Assembly: GCA_027486005.1 (NCBI GenBank)
Contig: JAIXPZ010000078.1
Span: 1,849-65,848, forward strand
Origin: Legionellales bacterium
GTDB taxonomy: Bacteria; Pseudomonadota; Gammaproteobacteria; JAGOUN01
Length of the DNA: 64,000 bases
Reading direction: 5' to 3'
The notes under the pieces are model-generated. The model was not told the DNA's origin. It saw only the letters and a program-made list of their open reading frames with translations, and made no database searches. The first letter of the stretch is position 1. Every line of letters begins with the position of its first letter. A program made the position numbers and the translations under genes. Positions 49,565-59,649 of the stretch are shown piece after piece.

Positions 49565-51010
49565 ATGTCACAAGAAATGATCCACCAAGTAACCGATACG
49601 TTACTTATTTCATCGGGCTTATCGTTACAAGACATTGATCGAGTATTTTCCAAGATATTATGCTCAAACGTCGATAGCGCAGATCTTTATTTTCAGTCGG
49701 TTTATCATGAAAGTTGGTATCTGGAAGAAGGGATTGTTAAAGAGGGTAGTTATGCCTACGATCGTGGAGTCGGGATTCGAGTGATTAGTGGCGAAAAAAC
49801 CGGCTATGCTTATTCTGATGATCTTATTCTTCCTGCTCTAGAAGATGCCGCCGCTGCCGCGCGTAGTATTAGTCGCTTGGGAAATGCTTCTAGTTCGATT
49901 CAAGCATGGAAAAGAGCGCAAACGCCTGTTATCTATTCTAGCAGCAACCCGTTGGATTCTCTTACATCACAACAGAAAGTGGAGCTTTTAAATAAAGCGG
50001 ATCAGTTAGCCAGAGAGGCCAGCCCTAAAGTAACCCAGGTAATGGCGAGTTTGAGTAGTAGTTACGAGCAAGTATTAATTTTCAACCATGATGGCAGTTG
50101 CCATGCTGATATTCGGCCTTTAGTACGTTTTAGTGTGCAAGTATTGGCAGAAGATGATGGCAAGCGTGAAGGTGGTAGTTGTGGGGGTGGTTTACGCGGT
50201 GATTATGCGCATTTCAGCGAAACCTTGATTAAAGATTATGTGACTAAAGCAGTGGCACAAGCCTTAACTAATTTAGAAGCAGTTCCAGCGCCAGCTGGGT
50301 TGATGCCAGTCGTGCTTGGACCAGGTTGGCCTGGAGTGTTATTGCATGAAGCGATTGGACATGGTTTGGAAGGGGACTTTATTCGTAAAAAAACCTCTGC
50401 ATTTACCGACAAATTAGGTCAAAGGGTTGCCTCGGATAAGTGTACGATTGTCGATAATGCTACTTTGTCTCATCGACGTGGTTCTGTTGCTATCGATGAT
50501 GAAGGCACGATAGGACAAAATACTATGTTAATTGAAAAAGGTATTTTACGTGGTTTTATGCAAGACAAGCTTAATGCACGTTTAATGGGCGTGAGCCCTA
50601 CAGGCAATGGACGTCGTGAATCCTATGCGCATATACCTATGCCGCGTATGACGAATACCTATATGTTGCCAGGCGATGATGATCCAGCAGATATTATTCG
50701 TTCAGTTAAAAAAGGCATTTACGCTGTGAATTTTGGTGGTGGTGAAGTCGACATTACTTCAGGTAAATTTGTATTTTCCGCCAGTGAAGCTTATTTGATT
50801 GAAGATGGCAAAATCACTAGACCAATTAAAGGCGCAACATTAATTGGTAATGGCCCAGAGGTACTCACTAAAGTCACGATGGTAGGCAATGATTTACAGC
50901 TTGACCCAGGCGTCGGTGTCTGTGGTAAAGACGGACAAAGCGTGCCAGTGGGTGTGGGGCAACCGACATTAAAAGTGAGTGAAATGGTAGTAGGTGGAAC
51001 ACAAGTATGA
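49565..51010 (+). CDS. tldD: Metalloprotease TldD
   Basis: [11 protein letters not shown] motif in a 481-aa ORF followed by its paralogue pmbA. Confidence 0.9.
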   Translation: MSQEMIHQVTDTLLISSGLSLQDIDRVFSKILCSNVDSADLYFQSVYHESWYLEEGIVKEGSYAYDRGVGIRVISGEKTGYAYSDDLILPALEDAAAAARSISRLGNASSSIQAWKRAQTPVIYSSSNPLDSLTSQQKVELLNKADQLAREASPKVTQVMASLSSSYEQVLIFNHDGSCHADIRPLVRFSVQVLAEDDGKREGGSCGGGLRGDYAHFSETLIKDYVTKAVAQALTNLEAVPAPAGLMPVVLGPGWPGVLLHEAIGHGLEGDFIRKKTSAFTDKLGQRVASDKCTIVDNATLSHRRGSVAIDDEGTIGQNTMLIEKGILRGFMQDKLNARLMGVSPTGNGRRESYAHIPMPRMTNTYMLPGDDDPADIIRSVKKGIYAVNFGGGEVDITSGKFVFSASEAYLIEDGKITRPIKGATLIGNGPEVLTKVTMVGNDLQLDPGVGVCGKDGQSVPVGVGQPTLKVSEMVVGGTQV

Positions 51011-52341
51011 CAACGCCAATGAATGTAGAATCATTAAAACAAATTGCGGAACAAGCGCTTGATCTTGCGAAAAAAAGTGGTGCAGACGCAGTTGAAGTGG
51101 AAGGGCATCTTGGTCAAGGGATGAGTGTTAATATATTAAATCAACAAGTCGATTCGCTTGAATATGATCGCGGTAAAGAATTTACTATCACGGTTTATTT
51201 AGGTAAAAAACGTGGTTCAGCATCGACAAATGATTTTTCTCTGCCCTCAATTAAGCGCGCCGTTGCAGCCGCGCGTGATTTTGCAACCTATGCTGCTGAA
51301 GATCCTTATTCTGGATTGCCTGATCGTCATGAATTAGCATTTTCTCCGCCAAACTTAGATCTTTATTTTCCTTGGGATATTACCGCACCGCAAGCAATTG
51401 AGCTTGCTACGGCTTGTGAAGCTCGTGCAATATCGTTGAATAAATCACTAGTAAAATCGGATGGCGCAGGCCTTGGTTCACATCAAAATATGTATTTGCT
51501 CGCGAATAGTGAAGGGTTTATGCAACATTATGCAAGCAGTAGTTATGAAATGCATTGCTCGGTGATTGCAGAAAAAAACGGTGAAATGCAAAGCGAATCA
51601 GAATTTACTTGCGCAATTGATCCTGCAGATTTATCGACGACAGATTTTATTGCGGAAGAAGCTAATAAAAAAGCAGTAGCGCGTTTAGGTGCGCGACAAC
51701 TTCCAACGCAAACATTGCCGGTATTATTTGTTAATCACGCAGCAGTGTCATTTTGGAAATATTTAATCGCTGCAGCGATGGGGGGCAATATTTATCGACG
51801 CTCCTCATTTTTACTCGATAAGCTCGGTCAGCTTATTTTGCCTGAACATATTTCTTTATTAGAAAAACCATTTTTAGTGAAGGGCGCAGGTAGCGCACCA
51901 TTTGACGATGAAGGTGTTTATACGCGTGAAAAAACCTTTATTGATTGTGGAGTATTTAATACTTATTTCTTAAGTACTTACAGCGGTCGCCAGTTAGGAT
52001 TACCTACGACAGGAAATGCCGGCGGTGTTAATAACATGGTGATAGAAAGCCGGCAAACAAAACCACTTGCAGATTTAATTGCAGGTTTAGATAAAGGCTT
52101 AATTGTCACCGATACTTTAGGGCAAGGGGTGAATATCGTGAATGGTGACTACTCTAAAGGCGTTACAGGATTTTATGTCGAGAAAGGTAAAATTCAATTT
52201 CCAGTTGAAGAAATTACCATTGCCAGTAATTTGAAAGATATGTACCAAAAAATTGTTGGACTCGGTACTGAGCAAGATTATCGTTATAATATTCGTACTG
52301 GCGCTGTGTTAATTGATAGCATGGCGGTGGCGGGTTCTTAA
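51007..52341 (+). CDS. pmbA: Metalloprotease PmbA (TldE)
   Basis: TldD/PmbA family ORF of 444 aa with a 4-nt overlap to tldD. Confidence 0.85.
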   Translation: MTTPMNVESLKQIAEQALDLAKKSGADAVEVEGHLGQGMSVNILNQQVDSLEYDRGKEFTITVYLGKKRGSASTNDFSLPSIKRAVAAARDFATYAAEDPYSGLPDRHELAFSPPNLDLYFPWDITAPQAIELATACEARAISLNKSLVKSDGAGLGSHQNMYLLANSEGFMQHYASSSYEMHCSVIAEKNGEMQSESEFTCAIDPADLSTTDFIAEEANKKAVARLGARQLPTQTLPVLFVNHAAVSFWKYLIAAAMGGNIYRRSSFLLDKLGQLILPEHISLLEKPFLVKGAGSAPFDDEGVYTREKTFIDCGVFNTYFLSTYSGRQLGLPTTGNAGGVNNMVIESRQTKPLADLIAGLDKGLIVTDTLGQGVNIVNGDYSKGVTGFYVEKGKIQFPVEEITIASNLKDMYQKIVGLGTEQDYRYNIRTGAVLIDSMAVAGS

Positions 52342-52434
52342 TTCAAAGTCAAAAGAATGCGCAGTCTTATGTGACGAAGCAATCACGCAAACGTGAAGTG
52401 GCAGATAGTATTTATGCTATTTTCGTATCCCCTA

Positions 52435-52543
52435 CAAATTTAATGGCAACCAAACGAAGTGTCATTCCTGCGAAGGCAGGAACCTAGTCATTATCAATGA
52501 GTTAAAAATGCTGACTAGGCCCCAGCCTGCGCTGGGGTGACAC
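52435..52543. repeat. Partial copy of the MITE core (109 bp, no terminal inverted repeats)
   Basis: About 95% identical to 20887-21004 and includes both hairpins. Confidence 0.8.
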
Positions 52544-52647
52544 CCGCCCTGGTTTATGTAGCGGATACCTATTTTCCATGCTGAAAATAAAATTGAGCCA
52601 GAACGTTTATTTCGTTAAAAATGGCGACTCTTATAAAATAGAACTCA

Positions 52648-53682
52648 TTGAAAAAAATAAAGATTGTGGGATACTACAGCCAAATAAAAAAGGAAACTGA
52701 AATGACCTATCTGAAATATATTATTTTTACTATTATAGTGCTCGTAACAATACCAGTATTCGCTTCTACTCCTCAACATTATCTCTACACCTCATCTGAT
52801 GATTTGATAAAAATTAATGAATTGATTAGTCGCCCTGATATTCAAGGTGTGCAAGTTGTATATAATTGGCGATCATTAGAGACAGACAAAGATGAATACG
52901 ATTTTTCTGCTATAGAAAAAGATATAGAGTATCTCAGTAAATTACACAGAAAATTGTTCATTCAAATTCAAGATCGCTTTTTTGAACCGGATGCTAAATA
53001 TATACCCGATTACCTCATGCAAGATACAATCTACCAGGATGGACTAGTTCCGCAATTTGATCGACCAGGCGAATACAAACCAATCACTCAAGGATGGGTA
53101 ACCCAGCAATGGAATCCATCAGTAAAAGTACGCTATCAGAAACTGCTTCGAATGTTAGCAGAAAAATTTGATGGAAAAATATATGGTATTAATCTGCCAG
53201 AAACCGCGATTGATATTGACCAAAAAAATGATAAAACTGGATTTAGTTGTGATAATTATTTTCAAGCAGAAATCGAAAACTTAAAATTTGCACGCCAGGT
53301 TTTTAAACACTCTTATGTGGTGCAATATGTCAATTTCTGGCCTTGTGAGTGGAACAATGATCATCAGTATATGTCACGTTTATTTTCAATTGCAGCGCAA
53401 GAAGGTATTGGGCTTGGCGGGCCTGATATTGTTCCCAATAAAAAAGTGCAGATGGAAAATTCCTATCCATTTTTCCATGAGTACAAGGGAAAATTAAACA
53501 TCGTTGTCATGGCAGTCCAAGAGCCAACCCTCACCTACATCAATCAAAAAACAAACAAACCATTTACAAAAACAGAAATTATTGATTTTTCTGAGCAGTA
53601 TTTAGGGGTAGATATTATTTTTTGGAGCACTGCTTCACCCTGGCTGTCTTCGCCTACAACAACTGGAGTTACTATAGAATAA
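52648..53682 (+). CDS. Hypothetical secreted protein (signal peptide), possibly with a TIM-barrel glycosidase-like fold
   Basis: The likely start at 52702 gives MTYLKYIIFTIIVLVTIPVFAS. No firm motif was found. Aromatic-rich content and the NW/ENxxxF patterns suggest a carbohydrate-active fold, at low confidence. Confidence 0.5.
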   Translation: MKKIKIVGYYSQIKKETEMTYLKYIIFTIIVLVTIPVFASTPQHYLYTSSDDLIKINELISRPDIQGVQVVYNWRSLETDKDEYDFSAIEKDIEYLSKLHRKLFIQIQDRFFEPDAKYIPDYLMQDTIYQDGLVPQFDRPGEYKPITQGWVTQQWNPSVKVRYQKLLRMLAEKFDGKIYGINLPETAIDIDQKNDKTGFSCDNYFQAEIENLKFARQVFKHSYVVQYVNFWPCEWNNDHQYMSRLFSIAAQEGIGLGGPDIVPNKKVQMENSYPFFHEYKGKLNIVVMAVQEPTLTYINQKTNKPFTKTEIIDFSEQYLGVDIIFWSTASPWLSSPTTTGVTIE

Positions 53683-54034
53683 GCGAATGTTATACCCCTC
53701 AGGAATGAATTTGCACAGCGACTCCCGGGCAGGCCTGAAACCCGCATAACCCCTGGTGTTTAGAAAATAGTTTTCGTAGACTTCAGCCTTTCTTGATTAA
53801 GAAAGGGAAATCCGATGAAGTCATTCGCGCGTAAACACTTATGTGTACCGGGCTTATTATCTCGTGTACGTTATCAGTACAAAAAGATACCCGATACCGC
53901 ACAAAAACCGAATAAACATGATTTGCTGGATTGTTTGATGAGCGGCATTGCGTTGTTTGGTTTGAAATATCCTTCTCTGCTTCATAAAAGACCTACTTTG
54001 TTTTTGATGATCTTCTGATTACACTCGTACATAA

Positions 54035-54088
54035 GGTTACCTCTTTATTTTTGATAATTACTAGACATAACTATCAAAACGGGTAACC
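54035..54088 (+). promoter_or_regulatory. Nested hyphenated dyad GGTTACC...TTGATA-N15-TATCAA...GGTAACC followed by a T-run, either a terminator or an operator upstream of the TDT transporter
   Basis: A perfect 7-bp outer arm and 6-bp inner arm, with CTTACTTTTTG downstream. It lies 135 bp upstream of the 54224 ATG. Confidence 0.4.
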
Positions 54089-54223
54089 TTACTTTTTGCA
54101 AGTACTTTGTCAGATTAAGTCGGAACTAATACATGTAATTAGACCCAATGTGTGCTTCTGAGGAAATGACAGAAGCGGCTGCTTAAGTTATGATGTGTCT
54201 CTGATGAATAGGAGATATTAGCG

Positions 54224-55174
54224 ATGTTCCAACTTAAGCACTACCCAACACCTATTGCCGGTCTAACATTAGGTATTTTTGGAATTACCAATTTCTGGGC
54301 CAATTTGATTGCCAACACTGTTATATCAAATATTGTTCTTGTCTTATTGAGTCTTGTGGGCTTGTCGCTTTTGATCCCACTTCTATTGAAGTTTATTCGT
54401 TACCCGCGTTTTTTGTTGACGGATTTACAACACCCTACGGTGGGTAGTGTTTTGCCGACGTTAGCCATGAGTTTGATGTATTTAAGCCATACCATTTCTT
54501 TATTTAGCCAGTCATTTGCGATTGGTTTGTGGTTTTTTGCGATTATTTTGCACTTTTTCTTTTTTAGTGTGTTTTGTATTCATCGTGCGAAAGGCCGTGA
54601 TTTCCACCATCATTTGGTGCCTAGCTGGTTTGTTCCGCCGATTGGTATGGTTGTCGCGTGTTTGACCCTGCCTTCGCCAAGTCTTTTGCCCGTTACGCAT
54701 GTCATTGTGGCATTTGGTATTACTGTGTATGCCATTATGTTGCCGGTTGTTATTTATCGATTAAGTGTGGGAAAACTGATTGAAGAAGCAAGGAAACCTA
54801 CATTGGCGATTCTTGCGGCGCCAGCGAGTTTAACGTTGGCAGGTTATATTACCGTTGTGGCGGATCCTAGTCCGTTAATTGTTATGTCATTATTTGGTAT
54901 TGCGGTGTTAATGACAGTCAGTGTTTATTTAATGTTAGCGCATTTATTACGTTTGCCCTTTACGCCGGCGTATTCTGCTTTTACGTTCCCCTTGGCAGTC
55001 AGTGCCACCGCGTTGTTAAAAATGAGATTGTGGTCGCATTCTGTGCCTTTATTTGAAAAATATGGGCATGGTTTCTTTATTGCGTCACTGATTGAAGGAT
55101 TGATTGCCAGCGTGATGATTGCGTATGTGTATCAACACTATGTGAGGTTTTTGACGCAGAAAGTAAAAGAATAA
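54224..55174 (+). CDS. TDT-family (TehA/Mae1-like) C4-dicarboxylate/tellurite-resistance-type transporter
   Basis: 316-aa ORF with ~10 TM helices. Its N-terminal pattern (AGLTLGIFGITNFW) and size fit the TehA/SLAC1 family. Confidence 0.6.
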   Translation: MFQLKHYPTPIAGLTLGIFGITNFWANLIANTVISNIVLVLLSLVGLSLLIPLLLKFIRYPRFLLTDLQHPTVGSVLPTLAMSLMYLSHTISLFSQSFAIGLWFFAIILHFFFFSVFCIHRAKGRDFHHHLVPSWFVPPIGMVVACLTLPSPSLLPVTHVIVAFGITVYAIMLPVVIYRLSVGKLIEEARKPTLAILAAPASLTLAGYITVVADPSPLIVMSLFGIAVLMTVSVYLMLAHLLRLPFTPAYSAFTFPLAVSATALLKMRLWSHSVPLFEKYGHGFFIASLIEGLIASVMIAYVYQHYVRFLTQKVKE

Positions 55175-55261
55175 TGCAGCTCATGTGGTTTCAGTCGCTA
55201 TTGTTTGTGCAGTCAACAAGCTAAATAAGAGTAAATTTTGATCATAAAATGTCAACGGACC

Positions 55262-55732
55262 CTAGCTCAAATGGTTTTTTGATTGAGTAATTGTTAGCAA
55301 ATCCCCACTCTGAATGGCCAATTTTTTTGCCATGCCTGCATTAAGTTCAATGACTTCATCTGATTCGATGTTAGGGCCATAACTAGGGCATTGGCTGGTC
55401 TCTTTTGGGCAAGGGGGAACATTGTTAAATACTTCAACGACTTGACTATGCTTTAAGAAAATCATATCTAAAGGAATTAAAGTGTTTTTCATCCAAAATT
55501 TCAAGTAGCTTGGTTCTGAAAAAATAAACACCATGCCGTGATTCTCAGGCATAGATGCTCTATCCATTAATCCGCGTTCTCTTTCTGGGTTTGTTTTGGC
55601 TATCTCAAGATAAATCGAGGTGTTGTTTTTTACAAAAAATGCAGGGGCATTAACATCTTGTTTTTTTGTAAAAAAATAGGCAATAAAAATTAATATCGAA
55701 ATAATTATTAGAATTAATTTAAATTTTTTCAT
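55262..55732 (-). CDS. DUF192-family secreted protein
   Basis: GLM.R...HGMVF.F....FWMKNTLIPLDMIF motifs typical of DUF192, with a signal peptide from M28 (55732). The longer ORF to 55813 overlaps tatD and is probably an artefact. Confidence 0.65.
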   Translation of the reverse strand: MKKFKLILIIISILIFIAYFFTKKQDVNAPAFFVKNNTSIYLEIAKTNPERERGLMDRASMPENHGMVFIFSEPSYLKFWMKNTLIPLDMIFLKHSQVVEVFNNVPPCPKETSQCPSYGPNIESDEVIELNAGMAKKLAIQSGDLLTITQSKNHLS

Positions 55733-56504
55733 TGCAACCTTTGAATAGCTCAAAAAAATTTTTGGTAGTTTTTGCAGCAACTTCTTCAAAGGAAATTCCC
55801 CTAAGTTGCGCAATCTTATCGGCGACTATGCTGACGTAAGCAGGCTCATTTGGTTTTCCACGATAAGGATCTGGGGTTAAATAGGGCGAATCTGTTTCTA
55901 TCAACATTCTATCTAAAGGGATTTTTTGCGCCACTTCTTGTAAAGCTTTAGCGTTTTTAAAGGTGACAATCCCTGAAAAAGAAATATAAAACCCCAGCGC
56001 CATTGCTTTTTCGGCCATAGCATAGTCTTCTGTAAAGCAATGCATGACTCCGCCGACTTTTTCTGCTGCGGCTTCTTGCATAATACGAATAGTATCTTCA
56101 CGAGCATCACGTGTATGAATGATTAAAGGCTTATTAACCGCTTTTGCGACTTCAATATGCATTCTAAAACGCTCACGTTGTTCTTTAGGGTCCCCTTGAT
56201 GGAAATAATCTAAACCGGTTTCGCCAATAGCAATTATTTTATCTTTTTTTGCTAACTCAACTAATGCTTCAAACGTAGGATTGTCTGGGCTATTTTCATC
56301 TGGGTGAATGCCCACTGAAGCATAAATATTTTCATATTTTAGCGCAATCGCATGTACTTTAGAAAAAGTGTCTAAGTCAACACATACGCATAACATATGT
56401 GAAACGCCTGCGCGTTTTGCATTCAGCAACATGGCATCAAAATCGCCATTGTATTTTTCTAGATTGATCCGATCAAGGTGGCAATGTGAATCTATTAACA
56501 TCAT
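55719..56504 (-). CDS. tatD: TatD-family metal-dependent DNase/hydrolase
   Basis: MLIDSHCHLD N-terminus and the conserved His/Glu/Asp ligands in a 261-aa ORF. Confidence 0.85.
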   Translation of the reverse strand: MMLIDSHCHLDRINLEKYNGDFDAMLLNAKRAGVSHMLCVCVDLDTFSKVHAIALKYENIYASVGIHPDENSPDNPTFEALVELAKKDKIIAIGETGLDYFHQGDPKEQRERFRMHIEVAKAVNKPLIIHTRDAREDTIRIMQEAAAEKVGGVMHCFTEDYAMAEKAMALGFYISFSGIVTFKNAKALQEVAQKIPLDRMLIETDSPYLTPDPYRGKPNEPAYVSIVADKIAQLRGISFEEVAAKTTKNFFELFKGCNEKI

Positions 56505-56507
56505 GTA

Positions 56508-57515
56508 TTACTTAGCAGGAATTTGCATGGTTGAGCAGTGCAAGCTGCCACGCTGAATAATTAATACATTACAATCAATACCTATCACATCATATCCTTT
56601 GAAACACTGTTTAATAATATCTAATGCTATTGCATCTTCTTTGCAATTATAAATAGGCACATAGACGGCGCCATTACCTATTAGAAAATTGGCATAAGTT
56701 CCTGGTAATCGTTCTCCATAATTATCATAACGCGCAGGAGGTAACGGGAGAGGCACTAAAGTAAACTGTGCTTTCTTCAATTCATCGTGCATTTTCCTGA
56801 GAGGCTCATAATGTTCATCATTGGTATCTCTCGTTTCACAATACAACACGCTAGTTTCATTAAAGAACCGAACTAATGTATCAATATGCCCATCGGTATC
56901 GTCACCTGCTAAATGGCCATTTTTCAATATATTGACTTCCGAGCAATTAAAATTGTTTTTTGCAATTTCATTAATCGATATAGTGTTATGGCGATTAGGG
57001 TTGTTAATCACTGAGTCAGTGCTGAAAAAATAACCTGCGCCATTGACCTCAACTGCGCCGCCCTCAAGTGTGTAAGGCACAGTTTGAATTTTATAAATAT
57101 CGCTGAACCATTCATGTTGAATCAATTTTTGATTGACTACATTATCTAGGTGCGATCCGAATTTATTTCCCCAAGCATTGAAAGTGAAATCTAGCCAAAT
57201 CAAATCATTACCTTGTTTAACAGTCAATGGACCGTAGTCTCTAATCCAGGTGTCGTTGGTTTCAATATTCATGAAAGCCAAGTTTTTCTGCTGCAACACT
57301 GACAGTCTCTTTTTGATTTTATCTTGATGTGCTTGATTAAAACAAATGATTAATAATTTTTGGTATTGAGTCATTGCCGATGCCATATGAAAAAAGCAAT
57401 TTTCTGCTTCTGCAAGAATATGCTTCCAGCCAGAATATTGATGTGGCCAAGTAATTACTACGGCGGTTTGATGTTGCCATTCTGGAAAAAGGTATGAAGT
57501 CATTTTTTTATCCAT
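56508..57515 (-). CDS. aguA: Agmatine deiminase-family enzyme (peptidyl-arginine-deiminase fold)
   Basis: The C-terminal GSLHCSTMQIP matches the GGxIHCxTQQxP catalytic-Cys motif of agmatine deiminases, as does the length of 335 aa. Confidence 0.65.
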   Translation of the reverse strand: MDKKMTSYLFPEWQHQTAVVITWPHQYSGWKHILAEAENCFFHMASAMTQYQKLLIICFNQAHQDKIKKRLSVLQQKNLAFMNIETNDTWIRDYGPLTVKQGNDLIWLDFTFNAWGNKFGSHLDNVVNQKLIQHEWFSDIYKIQTVPYTLEGGAVEVNGAGYFFSTDSVINNPNRHNTISINEIAKNNFNCSEVNILKNGHLAGDDTDGHIDTLVRFFNETSVLYCETRDTNDEHYEPLRKMHDELKKAQFTLVPLPLPPARYDNYGERLPGTYANFLIGNGAVYVPIYNCKEDAIALDIIKQCFKGYDVIGIDCNVLIIQRGSLHCSTMQIPAK

Positions 57516-57520
57516 CCATT

Positions 57521-58501
57521 CTAATTTTTTTGTGAAGCTTCGGGTGAGGCTGCTATTTTTTCACTTAGCTGTACGACTGCCATGGCATAAAGTGGGCTTG
57601 CATTGTAACGCATAATTACCGCAAAATTATGATAGCCTAACCAGCACTGTGATCCAGACTGTGATTTGAGTTCGATAAACATCGCATCTGTTTTGCTATT
57701 GTTAGAAAGTTTAGCCTCTTGTAATTGCTGCGGCGAATAGAAGTGTTTTGTAGAATTTGGAACAATGCCCTTGGGAGTAGTCGCAGGACATTGTATTGAG
57801 GTCACTAAAGGCTCGCCGACTTTCCAGCCTTTTTTAAGAAAATAATTAGCAATGCTATTAATCCAATTATCTGGATTATTGAGATCTAACTCTTTGTGAG
57901 AAATAACAGCATAACTCATGATGCTATCTGGCATAAATTGTGCTGGACCAATGGCTCCTGCATACGATCCATAAATCTGGTTAATATTTAAATCATATTT
58001 TCTGGTTAATTCTAAAAAAGACTTTAACTCTGATAAAAAGAACGTTTTTCGAGAGGGGTAATTAAAAGCAAGATTGCTCAAAGCATCTATCGCTCGATAT
58101 TTCATCACATGCGTTCCATAATTGGATTCAACGCCCAGAATTGCTACAATAATTGGGCCCGGAACATGATATGTTTTTTCTGCTTGATTGAGTAAAGCTT
58201 GACGTGATGATAAAAATTCAATTCCGTTATCAATTCTTTTTTTAGTAACAAAAAGATTTTGGTAGTTGTCCCAAGGAAATGCTTCTGCAGGATGTTGCAT
58301 ACGTTGAATGACTTCCGGCATAGGTTGAACTTGACGAAAAATATTTTCTAGCGTCTTACGATCAAAATGATCTTCAGTTACCATCTCCTGAATGAATGCT
58401 TGTACCTCCGGTTTTTTTAACATACCTCCATCAGCATGCCCTGAGGTCAAAAAAAGAGCTGAAACAGCTAATGTTGTTATAAGAAAATAATGTTTTATCA
58501 T
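57521..58501 (-). CDS. mltB: Lytic murein transglycosylase B
   Basis: Signal peptide and MltB/Slt35-like motifs (GVESNYG, AGAIGPAQFMP) in a 326-aa ORF. Confidence 0.8.
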   Translation of the reverse strand: MIKHYFLITTLAVSALFLTSGHADGGMLKKPEVQAFIQEMVTEDHFDRKTLENIFRQVQPMPEVIQRMQHPAEAFPWDNYQNLFVTKKRIDNGIEFLSSRQALLNQAEKTYHVPGPIIVAILGVESNYGTHVMKYRAIDALSNLAFNYPSRKTFFLSELKSFLELTRKYDLNINQIYGSYAGAIGPAQFMPDSIMSYAVISHKELDLNNPDNWINSIANYFLKKGWKVGEPLVTSIQCPATTPKGIVPNSTKHFYSPQQLQEAKLSNNSKTDAMFIELKSQSGSQCWLGYHNFAVIMRYNASPLYAMAVVQLSEKIAASPEASQKN

Positions 58502-58503
58502 AG

Positions 58504-59649
58504 TTAACTCGGTACAAGCTTGCGATGTGTTTGAATAGACATCAGGATACCAAAACTTGCAAGCAGGGTCACTAAAGATGTGCCTCCGTAACTGACTAAA
58601 GGTAAAGGAATGCCTACTACAGGCAGGATGCCGGTCACCATTCCAATATTAATATACAGTGAAATAAAAAACATTAAACTCAGGCTGCCTGCGAGTAGGC
58701 GTGAAAATGAATCTTGAGCCTGTAGCGTAATGATTGCACAGCGAAAAAGAATGCCTGTATAGACTAAAATGAGTATAAACGCACCGATAAAACCAAATTC
58801 CTCGCCACATACAGCGAAAATAAAGTCTGTTGTATGTTCAGGTAAAAATCGCAGATGTGATTGTGAGCCTTGTAACCAACCCATTCCTAGAAAACCGCCA
58901 GAACCTAAAGCAATTTTGGATTGAATAATGTGATAACCGCTTCCTAATGGATCATTTTCTGGAGAGAGAAAAGTTAAGACACGTTGTCGTTGATAATCGT
59001 GCATACTGTACCATAAAAGGGGTAAAGAACTGGCGCATACTAAGACCGTTATACTAATAAACCGCCACGATAATCCTGCTAAAAATAGAACAAAGAATCC
59101 AGTGGTTCCTAAAACAATAGCAGTGCCTAAGTCAGGTTCTTTTGCTGTCAATACCGCTGGAATCCCAATAATAAGTAGGCAAAAAAATGATTTTTTTACG
59201 CCAGGAGGGAGAGGAGGGCGAGAAAGAATGTAACTTAACATTAAAGGGATCGCTAGTTTAAGTACTTCAGAAGGTTGAAAGCGAAAAGCACCTGCTCCTA
59301 GCCATCGTTGCGCTCCTTTATTTACATGCCCCATAGTTAATACCGATAAGAGTAGTATGGTTCCAAAGACATAAATAACCACTGCCCAGCGTTCATAAGT
59401 ATGTGGGGATATTTGCGCAAATATTCCCATCACGCAGATGGCTACTGCGATATGCAGTGCCTGTTGCTTGACCAAAGCAAAGTTTTGATTACTTGCGCTA
59501 TATAAAATAATGAACCCTAGAAAAGCTAAGCAAGTTAACCAAAGCAACAAAGGCATATCAATGTGCATTCTGTCCCAAAAGGTTCTTTTGGCGAAACCGT
59601 GATGCGCGTCATGCGTTGAGAAAAATTTAAAAATTGTCGTTAATTTCAT
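58504..59649 (-). CDS. mrdB: Peptidoglycan glycosyltransferase RodA (SEDS family)
   Basis: 381-aa polytopic SEDS protein immediately downstream of PBP2, overlapping it by 4 nt. Confidence 0.85.
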   Translation of the reverse strand: MKLTTIFKFFSTHDAHHGFAKRTFWDRMHIDMPLLLWLTCLAFLGFIILYSASNQNFALVKQQALHIAVAICVMGIFAQISPHTYERWAVVIYVFGTILLLSVLTMGHVNKGAQRWLGAGAFRFQPSEVLKLAIPLMLSYILSRPPLPPGVKKSFFCLLIIGIPAVLTAKEPDLGTAIVLGTTGFFVLFLAGLSWRFISITVLVCASSLPLLWYSMHDYQRQRVLTFLSPENDPLGSGYHIIQSKIALGSGGFLGMGWLQGSQSHLRFLPEHTTDFIFAVCGEEFGFIGAFILILVYTGILFRCAIITLQAQDSFSRLLAGSLSLMFFISLYINIGMVTGILPVVGIPLPLVSYGGTSLVTLLASFGILMSIQTHRKLVPS

